A stretch of 33,094 nucleotides of DNA from Saprolegnia diclina VS20. Taxonomy: Eukaryota. The stretch spans positions 65,042-98,135 of the forward strand of contig NW_008246174.1 in the NCBI RefSeq assembly GCF_000281045.1, written 5' to 3'. The position numbers and the translations under genes were made by a program. Position 1 is the first letter of the stretch. Every line of letters begins with the position of its first letter. The notes beneath the pieces were generated by a model. It was given only the letters and a program-made list of their open reading frames with translations, was not told where the DNA came from and made no database searches. Positions 23,654 to 33,094 of the stretch are shown piece by piece.

Positions 23654-24998
23654 ATGAAGCTCGCTTGCCTCGCAACAACGCTCGCGCTTGCGCTGATGGG
23701 CGCCGACGCGCAGCTCAACATCAACTGGCTTGTCAAGATCGTCGCGGACAAGCTCAAGCAACTGGAGCTCCCGATCGTCAACGAGTTCATCGACAAGGAG
23801 GTGCAGAAGGCCCTTGTCGAGACTGCCAAGATCCAGCGCCCGCCGCTCGTGGCGCGCCAGAACGGTGACCTGCTCTCGTACAAAATTCTTCAGGTCCCCG
23901 ACATGCACTACACGGCCAACCGGTTCTTTCCCTGTATGGACAAACCCGAAGATATGAAGAAGCTCTGTTTCGAGTCGTACATGACCGAGATGATGAACAA
24001 GATGCTCGACGACGTCAAGCCCGACTTTGTCGTCTTCACTGGCGACCAGATCGAGTCGCTTTGGTACCCCCAGGTTTGTCACATTGCCGTTATTAGCCGT
24101 TTTATACCATTTTCGTAGACGTGGCTGTCGTCGATTGATGCGATCGACACGTACTCCAAGCACGTGATTGACCGCAAGCTGCCGTGGGCCATGGTCTTTG
24201 GCAACCACGACGAGAGCATTACACCGGTATTTCCTGCTCTTTCAAGCGCTCTACTGACGATATTTCGATACGTATCAGCACCTCTTTTCGAACCGCAAGA
24301 TCATGATGGCGTACATCGAGTCGCTCGATTACTCGTACGCCAAGTACGGTCCCTTCAACATTGGCGGCGCCGGCAACTACGAGCTGTCGCTCAAATCACC
24401 GAATGCTACCGACATGATGCACATGTACTTTGCCGACACGCACAACGACGGCGACATTGCGCCGGCGCAGCTCGACTACTTCAAGTCTGTCGCTGCGAAA
24501 TACAAGGGCCAGGACGTGCCCGCGCTCATGTTTTTTCACATTCCGATGCCCGAGTACAAGGAGTTCAACGGCGTTGGGCAAGGCGACCGCCGCGAAGGCA
24601 TTGGAGGTCACGCCAACCACAGCCTTTACGAGGCCATTGTCGAGAGTATGTCCGACCATTGATGGTGGGAAGACGTTTATGTGGTCGCTGTGTAGTGGGC
24701 GATGTCAAGGCGACGTTCTGCGGCCATGACCACTTGAACGATTTTTGCTTCAAGAAGGACAACCTGCACATGTGCTACGGCGGCGGCGTTGGCTACGGTA
24801 CTCACGCGCCGTTCTAATCGACGATGAAACTCAAGACCGCTAGGTGCTGGCTACAACAAGAAGAACCATGCGCGCACGGCCCGCGTCATTGAATGGACGC
24901 GGTCGCCGAGTAACGAGTCGATCTCGACGTGGCTGTACCGCCACAACCAAGTCAACAGCCAGGACAAGTACACGGTGTTTGAACGCTCGTTTGCGTAA
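23654..24998 (+). CDS. Secreted Dcr2/PAP14-type metallophosphoesterase (paralogue E), 4 introns
   Basis: Signal-peptide-like MKLACLATTLALALMGADA. Motifs PDMHY, FTGDQ, VFGNHD, FFHIP and CGHDHLNDF. The last exon reads ARVIEWTRSPSNESISTWLYRHN...FERSFA*. Confidence 0.9.
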
Positions 24999-25778
24999 TC
25001 TTTGGGTCGAGATATGGAAATGTCATTGCGTAAACGACCAATAGAAACGATCTTTGATTGTGCAAAGTTGATAAAAGTGAATGGTTTCTCGCCCGATAGT
25101 AGGCTTCAAGTCTGACGACAACACACATTTGTGATCAACCGCCGTGTGCCGCGTCTTCCGTTGGTGCATACGCAGAGGCTCAAGGGCTCTGACCGATTTG
25201 GGCATCCGTTTCAGCGCAGTCGCAACCTGAGTCAGTGAGGGTGACCGATGCCGTCGTTGAGGCAGTAAACACCTTCGCCGAACAAGTCTCAATCCAGCGG
25301 GTATGCATCCTACCGACGTAGCGTTCCTGGGCGTCGACGTGGATTCGTGAAGCGCCTTGACATCCACCACTCTAAGAAAATGCTAGTTTATTGAGAGAAT
25401 GTTATTAGCCAAGTATTTCCGAAAGATACTTCTCAAATTTCGAGGAACACTATATTCCTCTGTTGTTGGAACGGCGTGGCACCACTGCGTGTGCTCTATA
25501 TGTGGGCACCATTTTACCAGCCAATATTCAGAAAGGACCGCGTCCGAGGATATATCACTTGTTCGTGGTCATGTATCAACGGTGTTCTTGGCGTTGGCGG
25601 GGTTGGCCTTCGACGTCTTGCAAGCTCGAACCGCCACGTATCTTGAAGATCGGAGTTCTCCAATCAAATCCCTATTTTTCAACATGTCGCTTGATTTCGA
25701 CCAATCGTGTCGCGCTTCGGTTGGCGCCACACGGTGCGCCACATTCGAGTTCGCCTCAAGCATTGTGCGAACAGCGTC

Positions 25779-27539
25779 ATGGTCACATCAGCCTACTTGC
25801 GCGGCGTCTTTCATCTCCGACGACCGGACGCGGCGAGGCTGCCCCCCAAGCCTGCCAAGAGCCAAGCGCTCGACTTGGACCAAAACCCGAAGCGGGAAGA
25901 TGTCGTTAGGCGCCTTGAACGCGACTCGCTGCGAGAAGAACTCGCAGTCTTTGCAAACCAGCGCCAATTGAAGTCGCTGCGCATCCCGCTACCGCGCCAC
26001 TGGACACAGGACCACCGGGCGTCCTTGGATGCCATCGCGGCCTCAGTGCACGGACTCACGGTGGTCATCGACGATGATGCGCTCGTCGCGGCGCTGCCGG
26101 ATACGAGTGACGCACCCGAAGTCTTCGTCAACGTCCCCGAGCTGGCGGCAAAAGGTCACGACTCGTTCGTGGCGCACCTCCGGCACGACCGCATGGACTC
26201 AGCAGGTCGATTCCTTCTGTCGAGCGTAATTTCATGGTTTGCGCAGGCGGCCATCGAGTGCATATGCTCTGGGACGTCGCCCAGTTGCAGTCGACAAGTG
26301 CGCACGCCTTCGAATCCGTTGTCGGCGGCGAGGGCGGCGTCTACGCGCTGTCGTCGTCGCCGTCCGGCGCCAAGGTCGTCATGTTCAAGCCCATCGAAGA
26401 AGAGGTGTTCGTCCGCGAAGGCCTCTGCGCGGGTGAAGGCGCTGTGCGAGAAGAAGCCGCGTACGTTTCTGATAAATGCTCGGGCATCTTGACTTACTAC
26501 GGCTGTAGCTACGTCTTGGACGCTGCGATGGGTGGTTTTAGCGGCGTGCCTCCCACGGCCGTCGCGCGGCTGCACATGGCCAACTGCAAACTCAAAACAA
26601 CCAGCAGCGCCAACAACGCCGGCTGGCTCAAGCTCGGTGCCGTCCAGCGGTTCATGGGCCCAAGCGCTGGCAGTATGGAAGACTTTGGCATGCCCCATGC
26701 GCTTGAAAAAGCGGCTCAAATGGTCTCAGTCGACCAAGGTACCCGGGCTTTCAAGGCGATCGGCTCACGCGTCGATAGTCCATCGCGTTGGGCTCCTCGA
26801 CGTGCGCCTCTTCAACACGGACCGCCATGGCGGCAATCTTTTGCTCCTTGGCAAGTCCGCACCGTACACACTCGTGCCCATTGACCACGGGTGTATCCTT
26901 CCGAGCTGGTATTATTTGCAGCTCGATGCAGCGTGGGAGCGGCACGCTCGACGTAGGGACCGCCTGAGCGAAGCGCGTCTGGACTGGGCCACGTACCCGC
27001 AGGCCAGAGCGCTGTTCAGTCCCGCGATGCGCCAACACGTCGCGGCCTTGAATGCTGCGGCAGACGCCCACCGCCTTCGCCGTCTCGGTATGGACCTCTC
27101 ATCTGTTGCAAGAAATTGACCGATCTATGGAGGCATTCGAGAAGAGTGCATCGCGACGCTGTATATTTGCACGCTCGTGCTCAAGACGGCGACTCTGGCC
27201 GGTGCGTGGAGCAACTTGGTGTGCTCAACGTTAAGTACCACGTCTTATTGTAGGCAAATCCCTGGCGTGGATCGGCGCCTACTTGAGCCGAGACGGTTGC
27301 TTTGAAGCGCCGTCTCGGCTGGAAGAAGCCATCGCGCGCGCGTGCACGGCATGCGACATCCCTTATTTATGGACGAAGAACGACCACGGCGAAGCCCGCT
27401 TTGACGTACACTGATTCTTATGCGTCAAGAATTAGACTGATTGTAGGTGGCCGATGGTATTCTGCGCCGTCGCCCCCCAAACGTGTTTTACGCGTGTCTT
27501 CAAAAAGCGATGACGCTCGACGCGACGGCAACCAAATAA
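25779..27539 (+). CDS. Type II (gamma-like) phosphatidylinositol 4-kinase family protein, multi-exon; start codon uncertain
   Basis: Motifs GEGGVY, FKPIEEE, GEGAVREEAAYVLD, FSGVPPT, GAVQRF, HRVGLLDVRLFNTDRHGGNLL, PIDHGCILP and LDWATYPQA..FS. The spliced frame ends ...DATATK* at 27537-27539. Confidence 0.85.
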
Positions 27540-27607
27540 ACATATTTTAGCATTGGATACATACATATTATTTGAAAGATTGATATATAACGCATGCGCA
27601 GTTTTGC

Positions 27608-29572
27608 TTACATGGTCAACACGTCTTTCGTCACCTTGACCGGTCGCCGCGCGTCTTTGGCTTTCAAGTACGTTTGAAAATCCTATGGACATTGATATAT
27701 CGATACAGTTGCGTTAGCGAATAGTACCTTGTCTTTGATAGCGTACTTTTTGGCGAGAAGCTGGCTCGGATCGTCTTGGTCGGCGTCCTTTTCGCCCTTG
27801 GATGGACATACTTTGGTATAGCTAAACACGGTAATTGCGTCCTAGAGCTACACATCAGTACTGGCATCGAGAAAACAAAGCGTATACGCGGGCAGGGGAC
27901 TTGGCCTCGGCCGCAGCAATGTGCGCAAATGAGCTGCGTCCCGAGCTGCGCTGGTCACGAAGGCTTTGTAGGTGGTACGCCTTTTGCGATAGCTCGTGCA
28001 TTTGCTTGATCAAGTCCTACGAAAGGTTGACACTTTTCGACTACGAATGATGCCAAGTCGGTCACCGGCTTGGGCTCGGCCATCGACATCATGCGTTTTT
28101 GGAGGGCCCGCGACTTTTCAAAGTATTCGTCAGCACGCAATGCCACGTCGGCGGCTGGCAGCGGTTGCCAACGGAGCGGAATTTTGCTCGGTCCAACGAA
28201 TCCCTGGGTAAACCCCTAGCTCGCGGAGGTTATACCTCCAAACCAAACCAACCACCAAGAAATTTACCTGGGAGAAGAGCGCCCACGTCACAAGGCTTGT
28301 GGTGGGTGGGTCGACGTCTTCTTGATCAATCTCGGCGGCCGTCATGGGTCGCGTAACGTGTGCGAGTAATTCCGTAAAGTTGCTTTCTTCGTGGAGAACA
28401 TTGTCGTTGAAGACAAGCTGCTGACCATGGTCGAGCATTTCCGAGATTATGTGTCCGAGAAGGGTTGCAAAAATACCCCTAATTGTCATTTGCGAGCTCC
28501 GTGTCGTGAACATGATATCGCCCACCCGCGTTTGTGCGGGTCGGCCGCTCGAAAGGCTTTGCGCAGATGGCAGAGGTCCCACTCGTCCATGACGGTTGCG
28601 TTTTGAGCAATCGCAATCGCGCGGTTGCTCGCATTTGTTTGGCTCGTAAACGACGCGTCGGTCATTTGAAATTGCTTCTTTCGCTCCGCTTCTTCTTGGG
28701 CCTAGTCGGAGCCATGGGGTCGGAATCTTTGGGAATAACACTTGCCTTGTGGCGTCGTTCGATCACCGATACTTCCTTCATGAGCATTTTGACCGTGCCG
28801 GACCATTCATGCGGCTGCGGCTCCTTGGTCAGCTGGTGGTTGTTGTTGGCTTTGGCGGTGTGGCCGGGCCGCCGCAGGTTGAGCCTATTGAGTCGATTTG
28901 TGCGTGTCAAAAATCGAAATATTCGGGAAAATTATGCGTGAAAAATGTACTTTTTGGCGGCGAGGCGCTCGTCGGGGGTGATGACGTGCCGATCAAACAC
29001 TTCGAGCGACGGAATCGCTGCGATCACGTGCAGACGGTAGTTTTCTTCTTCGGCCAGCGGATTCCCAAACAAATCTAGCGCCACATGCATGAATTCGGGG
29101 TCTTCCACAAAAATATACCCAAATCGTGCAAGTGCAAAAGCTTGGAGAGGGTTCGAAGCGTCGCGTGCAGGTCCTGGAGGCGGTTGTTGAAGAGTCGAAG
29201 CTCGCGCAGAAATGTAAAATGCAAGAGCGATCCATCGACCGTCCTATTAAATCAAGACAACTCATTCGAGCCGCTGCAAGCTAGGATGCGTCGTCGTACG
29301 AGATACGGTTGTTCTGCGCAAACAAATACTTGATGCGAAAGCACGTGTCAAGACCCGTGAGCTTTTCAATCTATCGTTGCATGAGTCCTTGCCAATGGAA
29401 AATAGCACGAATGTACGTAGTTGTCGTTGATCCACAGCACTTCGAGGCTCACAAACGGTTCAAAATTGCCGAGGACATCGATCTCGCGGTGCGCCAGCAC
29501 GAGCTCGGTGCAGTTCTTGACGTACTTTTCGTTGGAGACCGCGAGCTCCTTGTGCGGCTCCGACACACGCAT
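27608..29572 (-). CDS. Leucine-rich repeat protein (LRRC72-like, SDS22-type LRRs plus LRRcap) with a long C-terminal extension, about 10 introns
   Basis: Spliced translation: NCTELVLAHREID..LEVLWINDNY|IEKLTGLDTCFRIKYLFAQNNRIS|..LRELRLFNNRLQDL..LDLFGNPLAEEENYRLHVIAAIPSLEVFD. It continues through short introns to ...KVTKDVLTM* (TAA at 27608-27610). Confidence 0.8.
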
Positions 29573-29725
29573 CCCGTCGATTCCAGCCGTCTAATTTTAA
29601 CGTCCGTTAAGGTTGAAGTTGCCACCCATGACGTGGCGCGCTCCTGGTAAAGGAAGTCAAGAAACATCAGAAAAAAGTGCTTTGGTTGATTAAAATTCGT
29701 GCGGCGCCGTCGCGCCCTAGCGCAC

Positions 29726-31929
29726 TCATGGCATGTCAATGTCGTCCTTCGCACGACGAAGCGCCTCGAGTTTGTTGCCAAGCTCGTCGCGGCGCAGCGC
29801 GTCAGCGTCGTTCTCAAAGAGGATGCGCTCCAGAATCTCATCGGTTGCGTCCATCGTCTCCCAGCGGCGCGCCAGTTGCGCCACATACGGCTTGACCAGA
29901 CTGCTGTTGAGCTCCATTGGTACCATGTCGGTAAAGCGCTTCTTGGCCACGTGCAAATATGCCGCAATCGCATGGTGGAGGTCAGTGGCTTGGGCGTCCT
30001 CGTTGGTCACCAAGCCAACCCCGGCGTGCGTCTGGAGGAGGGCTTTCACCGCCCCCATCGATACGTTCGCACCGTCGTTGTTGCCTACTCCAAAACATCC
30101 AGGAGTGCCTACGACGTTTGAATAAGACACCTACCCGAGAGTGCGTCAAGGCCTTGCATGAGCGGCGCGAAGCGCAGCGTCATGAAATCGCGGTACAGCG
30201 CGTCGTTCTGCGTGTACGGGCGTTTCTCCTTGTCCATAATCTTGCCGAGTGCGGTGTGGGTCGCGTCCGCACACGCACTGAGCACGTGGTTGGCGATGCG
30301 CTGGAGGTGCTGCTGGACCGCAGTGGGCGCTTGCGTCGAAGCGATCGCGCGGCTCGTCACGTCGGCGAGCAGCGCCTTGTAGCTCTCAAAGAGCGCTTGC
30401 ATCGGAGCATCCCAAAAGCTCAAGTAGCGCTGCTCCGTCACGTTCGCAAACGTCGTGTACGAGAGGAAGAGCGAGAGCTCGTCGCCGCGGCTGTCGAGCA
30501 TGAGCTGCTTGAGCTCCGTCGTGTCGAGGGCCGACAAGAAGCGCCACTCGGTGCCGCGTTTCAACCATGAGGAGTTCTTGTTGGTTATCACACGGCGCAT
30601 CGAGTTGACGTCGGTAATCATCTGCACCAGCCATGTGTCCTCACCTTTGCGAACCTCGACGTAATCGCCGACCAGTGGCGTCCGCTCGTCCATGTCAACC
30701 TTTTTGGCGTCGACGGTCGACACGCTGTCAATGGCTTTTTGGAAAGTGCCTTCCAGGCGTCGCAGCTGTGCCCGCAGTCGGTTGTCGTCCGACCCATCGC
30801 GAAAGAAGTCGCCCTTGTACTGCCCATGGGCCGCATCGTCCAAATGCTGTTTGGCAATACGGACGTACTCCATGTAGGCCTGGCGGCGGGCGCCCACTGT
30901 GTGCAATGGCGGCCCCATCGCTGCAAGCTCGCGCTGGCAGATGGCGGTTTGGGCGTCAATCTCAGCGTACACCTTGGGCAGCTCGCTCTCGACAAACGCG
31001 AGTAGGAGCTTCGAGAGCTTGGTCGCGAGGCGGCTCGCTCCGAGCAGATGCGTGTCGACCGTGCGCCAGACAGAGTGCGCTGCAAAGTAGGCAGCTTCCT
31101 CGTTGCGCGCGGCTTCAATCGACACGCCCTTGTTGAGCGCGTCTTGCCCGCGGCACTTGACCATGTGGTAGCCGTGGCTCGCATTCTTCTTGGTGCGGTT
31201 CGCTAGCAAATCCAACACGGACTGCTCCGCGCCAACGTCGACGAGGTCCGGCTTGGTGAGGATCGACATCGTCCGGATCCCGTCCGGATCCACCTCCTTG
31301 GACGCTTGCAAAATCTCAGTGTTGTGCATGTCCACGTTGGCAGGTACGACCGCCAAAATGATTGTGCGCTCTTGCTGCAAGAAGCGCTGCACGAGGGCCC
31401 GGACGCGCGCAATCATCCCGACGTCTTCGTCGTCACCGACCGTGCGGATGAGCCCCGGGAGGTCCACCAGCGTCAAGTCCGGCAGCATGGGGCCTTGCAG
31501 CGTGATCTCGATCCAGTCGTCGCTGATGCTCTGGCCCTCATCGACGAGTTGCTGCGTGAGCGATGCAATTGCGGCAGTGACATCCGCCATGCTCGCAATT
31601 GGCGTCGGTGGCTCGGGCGCCCCGTTGTAGCGCATGAGGCGCGCCGAGCCCGAGAGTGTGGGCGCCTGCGAGAGCACGAGCTGCGTCGGGCAGCGCGTAG
31701 TGAGCGTGCTCGACGACGGAAACGTAATGCCCGAGATGGCCGACAAGACGGACGACTTGCCGCTCGACGTGTCACCCATGACCGCGATCTGCGGCAAGGC
31801 AATGTACTTGTCGAGGTGGTAGGCGCGGAGACGGTCGACCAAGTGGCGACGACTCGCGCTCACGTTGGTGACAAAGTGCGACTCCGTGAAGGCGGTAGGA
31901 GCAGGAGCGGCGGTGAAGGAGCGAAACAT
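29726..31929 (-). CDS. Mx-like dynamin-superfamily GTPase, one intron (30085-30134)
   Basis: G1 LPQIAVMGDTSSGKSSVL, G2 TTRCP, G3 DLPG, G4 TKPDLVD and G5 VKCRGQ (TKPD and VKCRGQ are Mx-type). Stalk RGDELSLF; GED AIAAYLHVAKKRFTDMVPM. No PH or proline-rich domain. Confidence 0.9.
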
Positions 31930-32485
31930 TGCGCGCGAGTGGCAAAAGCAAATGTGCTGGACGTCGACAAGGGAGCTTGCATCAGAGAAGAGACACAGTT
32001 CGTGTCCGTTGGACCCAGAACGAGCGCAAGACAGTGCAGTCGAGCCTACAACAACGCAGTCAAACCCGACACCAGTGATGTCGAGGGACCATTGGTAAAA
32101 TGGGCATCTTCATTTCGCCGAATCTCACGAGGTGGTGGTCTAAAGCAGTTTGAACGCCTTGGTGCACCACCGACAGGTCATAAATTTCGAGATAAAACAC
32201 ACATTCCGTTGTCGATAGCGATGGACAAATCTCTGTGCACAGCGCCTTTTTACACTCCCTGGACGGTCCGATGTTCTTGTTCTCTGTAAGAAAAGAGGAC
32301 CACTACAGACACGTAACCGTAGTCGCTCAGATCTTAGTCATAGCTCCTGGCATCCCAGATCTGATTGTGTCCATTTGCAAATCATGTCCTGATCTTGAAC
32401 TTCATGACCTGTTCCGGGCGATACGATTGGCTAGAATAAATTGGATTTCACGTTTGATTGGCGGGTTTTGCAACATCAAATTGCG

Positions 32486-33094
32486 ATGGCGCTTGTCGAG
32501 GCCTGGAAGGTGGACCAAATCGACGCACTCCTCACGTACCGGCGTCTCCACGGCAATCTCGAGATACCCATCGGCTTTTTTGTGCCATCAACTGCCGAAT
32601 GGCCGAGTGCGATGCACGACGTGCAGCCCACACGCGTACTTCCGGTGCTGCGTAAGCACGTCTACGAGCCTCCCGAGGACTACGCCGATGGTGTCCACGG
32701 ACCCGAGTCGGGTTTCATCACTCATCTACCCAACTTGCCATGCAGTGTCTCGCCGACGAGCACCCGGTGCACCCGCCATTATCGTTTGATGTGCCGGCGG
32801 AGCCGCCGTGGCCGCAAGATCTCTGGGGCGTCGACTTGCTCCAGCTCAGCGACAAGCGCGATGCGTGGCTTGCAGAGATGGCGATCCAGTATAGCGCGTC
32901 GCTGGCACTGCTCCAGGTGCCGTCGATCGAGCCGCCCGCAGTGACTTTCAACAAAGTCTACCCGGTGCAACTCGTGCTGCAGTGCATTGAGGTGTACCAA
33001 GCACTGCACGGCCAAGCTCTCATTCCGCTGCTCTTTCACGTCCCGCTGCGCGACGCCAAGTGGCCTCAGGATGCGTCGTTGATGCCGCTGGGGT
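32486..33094 (+). pseudogene. Helicase-associated (HA)-repeat-like protein, 3'-partial, with a frame break at about 32680-32740 (pseudogene or assembly error)
   Basis: Repeat 1 (DALLTYRRLHGNLEIPIGFFVPSTAEWP) is in the frame starting at 32486. Repeats 2-3 (SFDVPAEPPWPQDLWG; CIEVYQALHGQALIPLLFHVPLRDAKWPQD) are in a different frame from about 32730. The pattern matches oomycete HA-type repeats 'AL..Y...HG...VP..F.VP....WP'. Confidence 0.6.

Noticed and set aside
27686..28050. Apparent small plus-strand membrane-protein ORF (LVGVLFALGWTYF)
   Set aside because: It is the antisense of the 3' exons of the LRR gene.
28702..28745. Possible non-canonical GC-AG intron (AAG|GCAAGT...CTAG) in the LRR gene
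   Set aside because: An upstream in-phase GT donor (GAA|GTATCG) also restores the frame, so this cannot be decided without transcripts.
10359..29572. Idea of a flagellar gene cluster (NWE, ODA-DC2-like, LRRC72-like)
   Set aside because: The genes are interspersed with unrelated loci, and flagellar genes are numerous enough for this to be chance.
31306..32289. 327 aa plus-strand ORF, and many similar antisense ORFs across the window
   Set aside because: Shadow ORFs opposite GC3-rich real genes, with Arg/Ala-rich nonsense composition.

Overview
Gene-dense eukaryotic DNA with many 40-55 nt GT-AG introns and oomycete-type INR/FPR core promoters. It is most consistent with a zoosporic oomycete such as a Saprolegniales water mould; the species cannot be determined from sequence alone. 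Twelve protein-coding loci are visible. (1) A >10 kb minus-strand gene for a giant IPT/TIG-repeat protein that runs off the left edge. (2) Head-to-head with it, a SPAG8/CFAP143-like 'NWE' ciliary protein with C-terminal EF-hand-like motifs. (3-7) Five secreted Dcr2/PAP14-type calcineurin-like metallophosphoesterase paralogues (A-E). (8) An ODA-DC2 (CCDC114/63-like) docking-complex gene that interrupts that cluster. (9) A type II PI 4-kinase-like gene. (10) An LRRC72-like LRR gene. (11) An Mx-like dynamin. (12) A frame-disrupted helicase-associated (HA)-repeat gene at the right edge. No RNA genes, CRISPR arrays or intact transposons were seen. The most notable observations are a Tudor/SH3-like insertion in the Mx-like stalk, nested domain insertions in the IPT giant, patchwork near-identity between phosphoesterases B and D that breaks down at active-site motifs, and a +1 frameshift in paralogue C. 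All gene models and counts were made by hand, and family calls rest on motif recognition, not database searches.
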